Source of the DNA: Alloascoidea hylecoeti
Lineage: Eukaryota
Direction of reading: 5' to 3'
DNA length: 64,000 nucleotides
Assembly (NCBI GenBank): GCA_001600815.1
Contig: BCKZ01000017.1
Location: 1 to 64,000, forward strand
The notes below the pieces were generated by a model. It was not told the origin of the DNA. It searched no databases and saw nothing but the letters and a program-made list of their open reading frames with translations. Below, piece by piece: positions 1 to 12,289 of the stretch (position 1 is its first letter; each line of letters starts with the position of its first letter). Made by a program: the position numbers and the translations under genes.

Positions 1-441
1 TTTGTCCTGGATTCAGGTTCATCTTGTCATTTGGTCACAAGCAAAGATTTATTAACAAATGTACATCCTTCTTGTACAACAATTAAAGGCATTGATAATG
101 TTGAATCAAAAGTAAAAGAAGGAGATCTGCAAATTGGTAATTTAACATTACATCATGTTAAGCTATATCCACAAGCTGCAAAAAACATCATTTCTGGAGA
201 TTTACTTACCAAATTGGGCTATAATATAAATCTAAACAAAGAACATGCAACAATCACCAAGAATGGAGAAACAGTTTTGAAGGCAAAGAAGAACAACACA
301 CTCTGGGAAATCAAACCAAAAGATTTTATCAAGGATACAGTATTGAACATCAGTGATGATATGGATCTCTTACAATTACATATCAATAATGGACATGCCA
401 GTGCTGAGGCGTTAAAAGCTCAAAAAGGCAAATCCATGTAA
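1..441 (+). mobile_element. Ty1/copia retrotransposon pol fragment (aspartic protease + GAG-pre-integrase region), truncated
   Basis: Frame 1 reads FVLDSGSSCHL (copia protease D-S-G motif), NIISGDLL, and LLQLHINNGHAS (resembles the LWHxRLGH pre-integrase motif). It stops at 441 with no integrase core. Confidence 0.85.
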
Positions 442-671
442 TCGTTACCAGTAGAGATGAGACTGTCGAGACTAAAAAATTGATTTTCAAATGTTAAATC
501 AATTGAAGGACCTTGACCAGTATCAGGTGACCGATGGTGTGTCATTGCTTCGGTTTAATAAAAGTTTGTAATAAAGGTTTTAAAAGTTTTGTGATAAAAT
601 AAGTATTGTGAAAGTTTTACTAGTAGTAGGTGAAAGTTGACAAGACGTAAAGATTGGAAATCTATTAATTT

Positions 672-844
672 TGTTACTTTTTCAATTAGTAATAGTACTG
701 ATGGTTATAATAAAAATAGGATGGAGAACTAAATCCAAGGTGGATTTAGTCTCCTTTTATATTAATATTTATGTATATAAGATATATAAATATAGTTATA
801 AATATTAAATAATAAATTGAAGTATGTAAGAAGTATTTTCAACA
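672..844. mobile_element. LTR-like segment
   Basis: TGTTAC...TTCAACA ends, a TATAAAAGGAG box on the minus strand and an internal hairpin (GGAGAACTAAATCC/GGATTTAGTCTCC), next to the copia fragment. No TSD found; left boundary uncertain. Confidence 0.3.
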
Positions 845-2236
845 GGTGGTCACACAGCCATCACGGACAGTCATCTGACTCGCGCAAAGCAGGCGGCTCC
901 TTATTTACCAGCAGAGTGGAAGTAGTACCATAGTGGAATCACACTAGCTCCTTCGGCGGCTCTCAGTAGCAGACACCGCAAGATGCGGCTATGGAGGTAA
1001 GCTGGACCAGGAAAAGAAGGACTCATAAAAAGTGCACTTTCCTTCTGTGAATATTAGAGTTGAAAGTTACTGTTTCCCATTCCTCTTATGTGTGCATTGT
1101 CTGACCTCTCTGCTTGATAGGGGAAAGCACACTCAATATGTTCGGATTCCTCTCTGGGGATCGTAGTCGTACCTCTCTTGTTGATATCTGCCCTAGGTTT
1201 CCCCATGACACGGCACACAGATTACCCGTTATAATATATCATGATATCCTCTATAGATGAAATTAAGGATGTATATGAAAACCTCATTGGATGTCTCTGC
1301 TTAATGTAGTATCGTTCCCAACTGCTCAGCAAGAAGAGCGTTCAAATTGTGGCAACTGATCACTTGCGGCGAGAAGTGAGGCATTCCGAGGTACCCAAGG
1401 TTATTCATCTACTGTATGCGAATATATATCAGCAGTCGGCAACGCAAATGTATCAGTAATCTTGGGTACTCCATGTGGTTTTAAGAAGCCTCACGTAGAG
1501 GAGGGAAAACCATAACCGCAATAGTGACTCAACGCGAAGGGGATATCCTCTGACGGAAAGAGAGATACAAGCACACTTGCAACAAGTAGTTGTAACAGTG
1601 TCTAAAATTATAGATTTTGGACTTTAAAGGTAGAGATATGGAATTGTTGTTCACCCATCCAATTGTGCTTTGGCATGCATGATAGCATTCGAGAAGTTTA
1701 AAGTATTTCCATTGACAGATTAACAACTCAGATGAGTCAATTCGTTGAGTATTCACTCTGACACTACAGGATGTGGGTGGATCATTCTTATAATGGGCAG
1801 TTAATGTTGTCTCTCATTATTTTTGGTACCAACCATGGTGATTAGAGAATATCCAATACCTTTAATTCTAGGAAATAATATATTGAACGTATAAATGAGA
1901 TCAAAAATGCTCTATGTAGACTACGTACTATCCCCGTGAAAAGGGATGGTTAAAGTTCAAAGTGCCTGTTCTTTCAGTTGCGCCAAAAAGCCAATCGACT
2001 CTTTAGTGAACTGTTCTAAGAGTGTAATATATCCAACACACCCCCACCTTAGGCAGGTCACTTTACTAATCGCCATATTTGCTCACCCCCGTGATCTTTC
2101 GGGTTTCGGACTTCTTGCAGACTGACTCGGACATTTTACTTTCGGGCCTTTTATGCGTTACCCTACTAAGCCTCAACTAGACTGATGTAAATTACTACGG
2201 CGGACTCGAACCTGATGCCTCTCGTGACCGCGCCGC

Positions 2237-2513
2237 TAGTTGCTTTATCAAAGTTAATAAAGAATCAGCGTCTTCCGGCATTGATGGAACGAATCTTAAT
2301 CTATCTGTTTCTTATTCTTTTTAATATCTATGGAAAAGACTACTTTTTATGTTTCACCATCAATCCTTTATGCAGATAACATGTTTCAAATAGTGATATA
2401 TAAGAAGTAGTCTTTTCCATAGATATTAAAAAGAATAAGAAACAGATAGATTAAGATTCGTTCCATCAATGCCGGAAGACACTGATTCTTTATTAACTTT
2501 GATAAAGCAACTA
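2237..2513. repeat. Near-perfect long inverted repeat (~115-120 bp arms, ~40 bp spacer)
   Basis: 2237-~2355 (TAGTTGCTTTATCAAAG...GGAAAAGACTACTT) is the reverse complement of ~2395-2513 with only a few mismatches. Confidence 0.95.
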
Positions 2514-3459
2514 CAAGAACAGGGATTAAAATGTTATATAGATTTATACGACTGATAACAGGAGAGATTAGATGATGCCATCCTGTGGCGTTATATTGTG
2601 CAAGAATTGAGAGAAATAAAGAATTTACAATCTTTTGCAAAAACAGAACGCTAATGCATTGAACAGACTTTTGTCGGAACTTGATTGGTTATTAAATTGG
2701 ATTAAGAATAGAATGAAAATCAAAGGAGAACAGTATAATTGTGGAGTATGAATGGCTACATAGGAGCTGTTAGTTCCGTGCACTAAATGAGGATTCGTAT
2801 GATCGATCTTGCTTAGGGAATAACAAGTATTCATGACGATTGTTGTCACTAGTTCTTTGTAGAGAACAATTATGATGCTGTTCCACCAGTGATCAATCAA
2901 TAGGAAATTCTATACTTTCATATCCGATGGTTTTCATTAATATTCAACCAAGCTAAGTTTCGTTATTCACCTTACATTTTTAACAGACATAAGATATATA
3001 ACCTCATTTTAAGTCATTCTATTTCTTAATCTCAAGCCAAAAATGCCGAATGTTTTGCCCAATCTAACCAGTTATATATTCCGTACCCCTCTTGTAATTT
3101 AATACTATTTAAATTTCGCTAGAAATAAAGTGCTACGAAATTCAAGTTTTAACTACCTTTATATTGAGTTGCATCACATTGTTATATTATAATTACATCT
3201 TTGGAAGTGAATGAGTGATAAAAGAATAGGAATTAAAGAATACTGCAACTCACGACAAGTATAGAATATAAACCATAACGTAATTACTAGAGAAATGCTA
3301 TTTGATGCTACTCAGAATTCACTCTTGGCATATCCTCAGAAAACTAACTGACAATTAGATACTTTTTAAACAGTTGATAGTTAACAGTTTAATGGTAGTA
3401 TCACAGAGAACTAATTGATTGGGGAATATATTTCAAGCTATTTAGGAAAAGCATGCTAA

Positions 3460-5120
3460 AATGAGGTATCTCTCTATCTACTAATAGAACTATCTTCGAG
3501 AATAATTAGCAATCGCTGTTGGGGTTGATTCAGGATATTTTAAACTAACTAGCCTTTACTTTTGATATTAATTAGTGAAGCTGCGGAAACTTATTTAGAG
3601 TTACCTTGGTAAATTTGGTAGTGCCGAGTGTGTGCCAACGTGTGAAAATTAATTGGTTACAAGTTGACTATGGATGGACTCGAAAATTATTTAGCAAATA
3701 CGCAGGAATATAATTAGCACTAAGTTAGGAAATTATTTAGCGACCTGTTTGAATTAATAATTAGTTAGTTATCAGAAAATCAGCTTGTGGTATGGAATAT
3801 ATTTAGCGATTTTGCAGAAATTTAATTAGCGATTTTGGATATTAATTAGCGCTTTCCAAAGAAACATTATTGGTTAGATCTAAGAATCAATTAAAGTTTG
3901 GTGAGGGAGTTAGTTGGTGATATGCCAGGGAGCTTAACATTCTTCTTTTTAGCATGAGATGTTCCATGGCATGATCAACCAAAGGTAAACGAGCAGCTGC
4001 GGTACCCAAAACACGAACCATTACGACCACTATTTTGGGAGCTATTAGTGCACAATGCACATGGTCCTCTTTTATTTGAAGTGAAAGTTCGGCAACAGAT
4101 GAAGAATAAAAAACGAAAAACTACAGAGCTAGCTCCTACATGTAATAACTAGAAGGGGTATATAATTTTGATTAATAGTATTAAATCCAATTAAAATCTT
4201 CTGATTACTCTTTTGGAAAAGGATGAAATGTGGATAGAAATGTTTCGCCGTGAAGGCGATACCACCAGAATATTATAAACATTTTTGTGCTTTGACTTTC
4301 TTCAAGATATATTAATGCAAATTGAAGGAACCATTATAGTTAATATTGTTAAAGTTCAAAGTAAACCCAATAAATATTAATAAATAGAAAACTAAGTAAC
4401 ATTTTATTTTTTCTCCAATAAAGTACAGTTTAATGACTTAACAGTTAAAATTTTACCTCTCTACTGGGTGATGACTAATTGACCACCTCACGGAACTCTA
4501 ATCATTTCTCAGATGCAACACTAATTAATTTTCCTCGGGAAGCATTTTCAAGTATATGTGTTATAAAGTCGCTAGGTACACATATTCCATACACATCACA
4601 AGTCAATTTTCTGATAACTAACTATTGATCCAAACCGATCGCTAAATAATTGTATCTTGGTGCTAATTATATTCCTGCGTATCAGCTCAATAATTTTCGA
4701 ATCCAAGACCAACTTGTAACTAATTAATTTCCACATGTTCTTAATGGAATAAGAACCAGAAAGGACATTTCCATTAGAACCACGAATTTCAAATAAAGAT
4801 TTGGCCGAATATAAGTCAACAGATAATAAATATAATTAGAATAAAACTAATAAAGAATTAACTTAAGCTGAAAATTAATCGACGTAAAGTTCACTGTAGC
4901 GTATAACTCTAATAAAAGATCTTACAAGCAATTTATAACCACTTGGTGATAGATTCCTTAAAATGTTAGCACACAGCACTACCAAATTTACCCACTTAAC
5001 TCCAACTAAGTTTCCGCACGATCACTAATTAGTATCGAAGGGCCAAATATGTTACTAAAATGTCACGAATACACTCACAGATCGATCACTAATTATGTTT
5101 GAAAATGGAGCTATCAATAA
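3460..5120. mobile_element. Degenerate foldback-like DNA transposon: long diverged inverted arms around a Tc1/mariner transposase remnant
   Basis: ~3560-3810 aligns in inverted orientation with ~4565-4740 plus ~4965-5040 (e.g. ATACGCAGGAATATAATTAGCAC, GGTAAATTTGGTAGTGC). The arms are built of ~20-bp AATTAATTAGCG-like subrepeats. Outer boundaries are approximate. Confidence 0.7.
3951..4140 (+). pseudogene. IS630-Tc1-mariner DDE transposase fragment
   Basis: Reads SMRCSMA*STKGKRAAAVPKTRTITTTILGAISAQ then EVKVRQQMKNKKRK. This matches the MRRxxAWSxKGxxAxxxVPxTRxxxxTILGAIS stretch of fungal Tc1-like transposases. Confidence 0.75.
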
Positions 5121-5833
5121 GTGGAAAGACTGTATAATTGGCAAAATCCGATCTAAATGATATTGCTACATACTTCGTTCTTATAAAAAGTCCTAAATAG
5201 AAAATAAATAAGTACAGGTACATGAAACTCATCAAAATCTTTGTTTGTGTAGTAAATACGTATCAGTATTTCTTGTCTACTTTGGAATGTATTTCTTTTA
5301 TGGCTGGTTACGGTATTCATAGAAATAGCAGATTTCAAAATTTAAGCAAATAGGGCTTCTGCCTCTTTGCCTCCCAAATAGTAGTGGGTTGTTTCGCCCC
5401 TAAGAGCATCTAGAGTCCCATCAATCTATCTTACTTAGCCATCGTGAAAGGGTGCTACATTTCAAAGTTTCTCGGTTTAGACTTATACGAACTATGTGAT
5501 ATCGTTTAGTATGGGAGTTTTTGAAGAGTCAAGAAAATACGGAAGATTCCACTGTTGATTACGAATGAAGAATACCATCTTCTACAATTAAAGTGATCTT
5601 TAATAAGATATCATTTTTGTACCATACATCAATTCATTTATCTACCCCTATAAAAAAGGCTATGATATATTAAACGACTTGTTCATAATACTATATAGTA
5701 TATAATTTGTTGTTATTAGATCAGAGATCTCAAGATGCTTCACTAACATGATCATGAATTAGCTGAAATACAAATCGGTATATCAAAGCAAAAGAAAAGA
5801 AGGAGAATTCAGTTGATGTTCTTAAGTTGTTTA

Positions 5834-8197
5834 TTAGTATAATCTTTTTGAGCCAGTATATTTTTCAATCAATTCATGCTCTGTTCTCAAGGTATCTTCT
5901 CTATAGATAATTCTAATATCAGGTACATTACTCTTCTCAACATCATTACAATCATTATAATTCTCACCAAGCCAATGCCTTTTCAATTCACCTTCAAAAC
6001 CAGATTGTAACACTGAATTTCTTGCTAATTCACAAAGATCTACTTGTGATAATTTATAGATCTGTGCGGCAACTGAAAACTCTTCAATCAATGGTTCTCT
6101 TGTGAATGAAAATTGTAATGGATCATCTGTTGATAACGAAACATTTAGACCTCGTTTGAAGTAAGAAGGAAATGGATTTTTATCATATGTTAAAAATAAA
6201 GCATTATTTGATAATGGTGACATTGCAATACCAATTTGATCCAAATAGTATAAATATTGGATGAAAGGCAATTTCCTTAACAATATACCATGATTTATTC
6301 CTTGAGCGACAAGATAAGCAGAAGCTAAATGTTCAGGATCTCCTGCTTCGCCACAATGTGGTCTAAAAACAAATGTATTGAATCCACGACGTTGTCTCCA
6401 ATGATTTAAAGAGATAAGATTTGCATACATGTAATACATCCAATATGAATATGGAGGACTATTCTTTTGAGTCCATTTTGTAGGAGATGGGAATAAATGA
6501 TGTTCTCTTCGATCTTTTTTAGATTCATCATCAACTGAATCAAATCCAACAACTCTTGATAAAAAGATATGTAGCTTTGGATGAGAAGTTGGATCTTTTG
6601 TAACTTCATATAGAGGTTGAAATAAATTTTTAATTATATCATTAAAACTTTCAATAATGTTAGATCTTTTATAGATATCGTATAATCTTGGGATTTGAAT
6701 TAACCATCTCACATTATGAGAAATCACTTTATTATCAATCACCCAAGCTGCCAATTTATCCCATTCATCAATTGATCTTCCATAAATTGAAATCCTATAC
6801 TCGGCCATTTGGTATTTACTTTGTTCCAAATCATCTAAAACTTGCTTTGTGATTTCTGCTAAATACTTCCCTTTAATGAAATTATCAGTTTTTAAAAAGA
6901 TCTCTCTTAAACGAGATTCGCCAATTGGATTATATTTAAGATTAAATTTATCAAATCGATGGAAAGCATCTCGATGAGCATGCATATCTAAAGTATCGAT
7001 ACTTAAATCATAAGCAGTTAAATTCAATGATTCAAAAACTTCACTCAATGTTAAATCTTTACCATCTCTAAATATAACAATTTCATCTGCATTTTTTTTC
7101 ATCTTAGACTTAATGAAACGTAATAGGTGTTTTTGATTCATACAAGCAGAATGATGAACATGGGTATCAACTTTTCTAACGTTATAAAAATCACGATGTG
7201 GATTTCTTTTTGAAGCGGAAATTTCTTGATATTCATTTAATAGAGAATATAAGTTAAATCTTGCATCTAAGTATTGCAATCTTTTAAAAGCAAATGATTT
7301 GGCAGGTCCATCACTTGAAATTGAGAGCAATGATTCCAAATCTCTATAATATTCGCCGATTGTTGGAATATGACTAATAGCAGAACCATTAGAAGTAAGT
7401 CTTTCATCATATACTTGATAAACACCGGTCTCTGAATTATCAATATTAAAATCCCAGTTTTTATCTAACCCAGGAATTTTATAGTTATCTATGTCAAAAC
7501 CTTCATCGCCCCTTGGAACTTGAGATTTTATATAATCAGGTTTGAATTCTTTTTTATCTATATGCCAGACGGTAGGAGGTGGAGGAGGATCAATTTTCCA
7601 AGTGGCTATATCATCCTTTGGATTATCACCATGCTTCTGTAAGGATAATGATTGATATTTCTCTCTTAAATCTCGACATAATTTCACCTTTGAGTACAAA
7701 TTTGATAATTCAATAAATTCCATAGAATTAGAATTAAGTTCATCATCATCTGCACCGACTCCTTGTAATGAGTAATTTGCATTTGCAGTCAATCCAATTT
7801 CTCTGGTTGCGTTGGCGTCATTCAATTGGTGAGGTGAAATGCTAGATAAAGGCAATGGTGGTGGTAAACTGAATTCGGCTTTCGATGGCTTTCTGCCCGC
7901 AAAGGACAATTTATGATGGGATGAAGTTACAGGACTAGAAGAAACTTCGAATGCCCTTAATTTTGCATCCTGTTCATACATGCTTCGCTCTTCAGCGTAT
8001 GAAAAAGATTGATCATCACGGTAAACACTTTCATTATCTTCCATTGCGATTGGCACTTCTAATGCATTATTAGGGTCAAGCACAAGATTATTAATTGCTG
8101 AAGACAGTTGCGAGTCAACGGCCGAAATTTTGTTGTTTCTATCCTCCTCAACGCCGGAAACAGTGATTTTTTCATCCTGTTTATTATCTGCTCCCAT
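5834..8197 (-). CDS. AMD1: AMP deaminase
   Basis: 787-aa ORF with RKVDTHVHHSACM, FRPHCGEAG and SLSTDDPLQF signature motifs. Confidence 0.97.
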   Translation of the reverse strand: MGADNKQDEKITVSGVEEDRNNKISAVDSQLSSAINNLVLDPNNALEVPIAMEDNESVYRDDQSFSYAEERSMYEQDAKLRAFEVSSSPVTSSHHKLSFAGRKPSKAEFSLPPPLPLSSISPHQLNDANATREIGLTANANYSLQGVGADDDELNSNSMEFIELSNLYSKVKLCRDLREKYQSLSLQKHGDNPKDDIATWKIDPPPPPTVWHIDKKEFKPDYIKSQVPRGDEGFDIDNYKIPGLDKNWDFNIDNSETGVYQVYDERLTSNGSAISHIPTIGEYYRDLESLLSISSDGPAKSFAFKRLQYLDARFNLYSLLNEYQEISASKRNPHRDFYNVRKVDTHVHHSACMNQKHLLRFIKSKMKKNADEIVIFRDGKDLTLSEVFESLNLTAYDLSIDTLDMHAHRDAFHRFDKFNLKYNPIGESRLREIFLKTDNFIKGKYLAEITKQVLDDLEQSKYQMAEYRISIYGRSIDEWDKLAAWVIDNKVISHNVRWLIQIPRLYDIYKRSNIIESFNDIIKNLFQPLYEVTKDPTSHPKLHIFLSRVVGFDSVDDESKKDRREHHLFPSPTKWTQKNSPPYSYWMYYMYANLISLNHWRQRRGFNTFVFRPHCGEAGDPEHLASAYLVAQGINHGILLRKLPFIQYLYYLDQIGIAMSPLSNNALFLTYDKNPFPSYFKRGLNVSLSTDDPLQFSFTREPLIEEFSVAAQIYKLSQVDLCELARNSVLQSGFEGELKRHWLGENYNDCNDVEKSNVPDIRIIYREDTLRTEHELIEKYTGSKRLY

Positions 8198-8492
8198 TTG
8201 TATAATTAGACAAGAAAAAAGATTCGAAGAAGGTTTGAAATTGAAGAAAATTCTTAATTAATATAAGCTTTAAAGACCCACGCGCAGACATTACTGGATA
8301 CAACTGCATGAATATTGACGACTTCCCGAAACATCTGAACTCTGCATGAAAGTATACCGGGTAACCCCTAAGCTGTCTTTTGTTTACAACTTTCTGATTT
8401 CTTGTTTTCTTTTTTCTGAACTCATCAAACAAAGAATTCGAAGTAAATAAGTTAATAAATAAATAGACAAACAATAAAAGAGCAACAAAGAA

Positions 8493-11400
8493 ATGAGTTC
8501 GGAAGAATACTTGCAACCTGGTATGTTTGGAATCTCTTACTTAATTATTTTCATGCCCTTATATCATCCATGATTCATTCAATTCACTTTCTCCCCTCCT
8601 TCACATTCTAACACATTTTAGGGTTTGAACCATCAACTTTACGTGTCTCCGATCTTAAGCAAATTCTTCAATCTTATAATGTTGACATCCCAGCAACCTC
8701 AAAAAAAGCTGATTTAGTCAAATTATTTCAAGATCATATTTCCGCAAATTCTTCCCGTTTATTAAAACTACAACGAAATTTGAATGATGATGATGGTTCA
8801 ATGATACCTACTACAACCCCGAGACGAAGTCGAAGAACTAGATCTGTTTCTCCTCTGAAAAAAGGAGTAGTGTCAAAATCTACGAGATCACCTAGTCCTA
8901 GAAAGTCTCCAAGGCGGAAAACAAGAAATATTACTGCCTCTCCTGCACCGGATGATACTTCCTCCAAGATTCAAGAAATCCCAAAGCTGGAACCTCCATC
9001 TAGTACCACATTCATTAGAGCTCGATCACCGAGGGCAAGGAAAACAACAAAAAGTTTTGTAGAATCTCCTTCACCCAATAAATCAGTAAAAAGAAATAGG
9101 ACACCTTCCGTCAAGGAGTCCAAAATTAAGACTGAGGATGCAATTTCTAAAGCTGAACAAGAGGTAAAACCTTTAAAATCTACACGAAAACGAAAAGTTG
9201 CAAAATCAAGATTAAAATCAGCGAGCCCAATCGCTGCGGTTCCAATAAGGGGCCGGACTCGCCAAGCTACAGAAGATATTAAAGAAGAGAGTGAAGAGGA
9301 TATTGAAAAAAAGTCTAAAGACGAAATTATTAAGGGGGAGAAACGAAAGCAATCAACGCCTCTCCGTACTCCAAAACAGGAAGTGGTTAGAACACCAAAG
9401 GTAACCCCAAAGATAACTCCAAAGGTAACTCCAAAGGTAACTCCAAAGGTAACTCCAAGCAGCAACACTAAGGGAGATCCAGGTGTTGCAGAAAAGGTGG
9501 AAACCCCAAAAGATAAAATAAAACCAATTTTATTTGGAAAAGTGTCAGATTCGGAAGAAGAAGAAGAGAAACTTTTTTTCGAAACTAGAAATATCATTGA
9601 AGGTCCTAAATTGATTCCTAAAACCTCTGCAGTTGCTTCTAAGGAAAATTCAATTTCTCTTAAAGAATCTCTAAAGGCCTTAGAAACAGAACAATTTAAA
9701 TCTGATGATACAATAAAGGTAGACCTCGAACTTAAGTCCTCAGAAGTAACCAGAAATTCACGGAATTCTGAGACGGAACAAAGACAAGAAACAGTTGTTG
9801 TCGCTGAACCAAATGAGAAATCTTCAATCACTAATAAGCTCGAGAAAACTGAATCACTAGAACCACAAGAAACTACTTTCTCATCTAGAAATGTATTTCA
9901 ATCTCCAATGTCTACATTCTCTAGAAAAAGATCAATTGGAGCAGTTATAGAGGACTCACCATCTGAAAATACAGATGATGCTCCACGTAAGAAAGTTGCT
10001 TTGTCATCGACTAATGAGGCTCCAGTCTTTTCTAAAAAGGTTCAACCAGACCTCATAAACGAGGATGTGATAATGAATACATCAGCTGATCAAACAGAAT
10101 TTGAAGATGCTGAAGAAACTCCATTGAAAAAATCATTTTTAAGTTTTTCTCCATCTAGTTTTTCCCCGTTCAGTTTATTTAAGAAGACAGCTGTACAACC
10201 ATCGAGTAATGGCATTAATGAGGTTGAAGAAGAAAGTAAAGAACCAGAAAATAACCACGAATTACCATTAAATGGCCAAACGGAACAACTAGAATCATCT
10301 TTTATTGATGCAGATGAAGTCAATTCCAGTCTGTTAGTAGAGTCTAATGATAATTCAATCTTATATGCCCCATTACCTAATACTCAAAGAACAGCATTTG
10401 TTTCTCCTCAGACGTTCAATAATAATAATGGTGATGTAATCACAGATCATACAGAATCTATACAATGTAGAACAACTGTTATGCCTCCTTTAAATTCTTT
10501 AAGGCTTTCAAGTCAATTTGCAAATCAATTGGGTTTAACTACATCAAATGCTAAACTGGTATTTAATTCAGGTGCTAAGAAAATACTTAAGGATGTCAAA
10601 GGCTCGACCTCCCCTCAAGGTCAATTGTCATCTCCTAACTCATCTGCTGTATTTGAAGCATCATCATTCGCGCCAACTGATGAAGATGATGAAACCGACA
10701 GGGATTATTCATTTGAGATTCAACAACGTGAATTAGACGTCGAAAATTTGAAAAATGAAATTAATGCTGATATTAAAAATATTGAAACCGAACCAAACTC
10801 AGAACTAAACCAAAAAAAATTTGACATTCAAACACTTTTGAAAGGATTTTTATTTTGGCTTGTAATTATACCTACTGTGGCTTATGGTTACTTTTGGAGA
10901 TCTGAAAAATTTAATATTGGATTTTGTAATACTAAACTATCACATAAATCTCTATTAGATGTTGATTATTTAAAACAATTTGACATTTATGAAAGTTTAA
11001 CTGAATCAATTAAACCTAGTTGTATACAATGTCCAGTACATGGAACTTGTTCTAATAATTTTAAAGTTACCTGTGATACAGATTTTGTTTTGCAAAAAAG
11101 CTGGGAAAGTCTTGGTGGTATTTTACCCGTTGCACCTAAATGTGTGCCTGATACAGCAAAAGAAGGTAAAGTTCAGGCAATGACAAATAAAGGATTGAGT
11201 CTCTTAAGGATGAAGAATGCTAATGTTGAGTGTGGAAGGGGTAATATTAAAGATGCTGGATTAACTACCGAAGATTTAAAGCAAAAATTACATGATAAGA
11301 AAGCCGTAAGTATACTATTTAGTAATTTTAGATGGAAATATGCGCTAACAATTATTATTATAGGTTTGGTTAAAAGATGATGAATTTGATGAACTATGGA

Positions 11401-12057
11401 ATAAAGCGAAAACAATTCTTCCCCATTATTCAGAGATAATTGTAAGGCATGAATACTTTTTGCTTGTTTTTTCTTTAGTTTCATACACAGTGACTAACCT
11501 TATTTTTTGCTCTATAGACCCAGGACATTCTCAAGCCTAGAGAAAATCAAAGCTTTAACAACTCCAATTTGGAAACGAAACTCGAAAAATACACGCTTAT
11601 TCGATCAACGTCCACTGCCTACACTGGATTCGGATGTATGATTAAAAGGTTGATTTTTTATTATTTACCTTATATTACTGGCATAACTACATTGATAGTT
11701 GGATATTTTGGTATATCGCATCAAATAAAGTATTCTAAGAAGTTTAATAACCAATCAAGCAGGTTAGTTCGTGTGACTTTAAATAAGTTACAAAAGCAAC
11801 AATCAAAAGGTGATTCGAAAAGTGGAGATAATCAAACGAATTCACATGTTCCTATTTCACAATTGCGTGATATTTTATTATTTGATGGTGCTAACGAATC
11901 GATTGATAATAAAATCAATAAGACAAAACTTTGGGCTGAAGTATGCCGAAAAGTAGAATCAAATACGAATGTTAGAGCACGTCAATTAGAAGTTCATGGT
12001 GAGATTATGCGTGTTTGGGAATGGGTTGGCGATTTATCTATTCCAATTGACGAATAA
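8493..12057 (+). CDS. SRC1: Inner nuclear membrane LEM/HeH-domain protein (Src1/Heh1/Man1 family), 4 exons
   Basis: Exons 8493-8520, 8622-11305, 11364-11441 and 11518-12057 join in frame; introns have GT..CTAAC..AG. The N-terminus is HeH-like (YLQPGFEPSTLRVSDLKQIL...KKADLVKLF). It has a TM segment, a Cys-rich lumenal domain (CIQCPVHGTC), a second TM and an MSC C-terminus (VESNTNVRARQLEVHGEIMRVWEW). Confidence 0.92.
9392..9458 (+). repeat. Coding minisatellite (12-bp unit, TPKV repeats) in SRC1
   Basis: ACTCCAAAGGTA-type units encode TPKVTPKITPKVTPKVTPKVTP. Confidence 0.9.
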
Positions 12058-12289
12058 AAAAAAGATTCAGTGGATACTGAAAAATATATATATATATATA
12101 TATATATGTATTGCTTATTAAGTAATCTAAGATTTCAATGTTATGATTTTTTTATCTATTAAAAAAAATGTGTCATAATAGCACTCATGTGTGACTACTA
12201 GATTTGTTTATATCTTTATATTTGTATATATTTTATCGATGAACCACAAATATTTTTCATAGCATGCCAGCTAATTTAACAAGACACAT

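Noticed and set aside
2185..2236. tRNA-like B-box (GGTTCGAGTCC) on the minus strand
   Set aside because: T-stem is imperfect and no acceptor or D arm can be built; at most a tRNA/SINE-derived scrap.
3400..3900. CRISPR-like periodic repeats
   Set aside because: Eukaryotic context; degenerate ~20-bp units without unique spacers; part of a transposon arm.
8971..9831. 286-aa antisense ORF
   Set aside because: Shadow of the low-complexity Ser/Lys/Glu-rich SRC1 exon; TTG start and no independent features.
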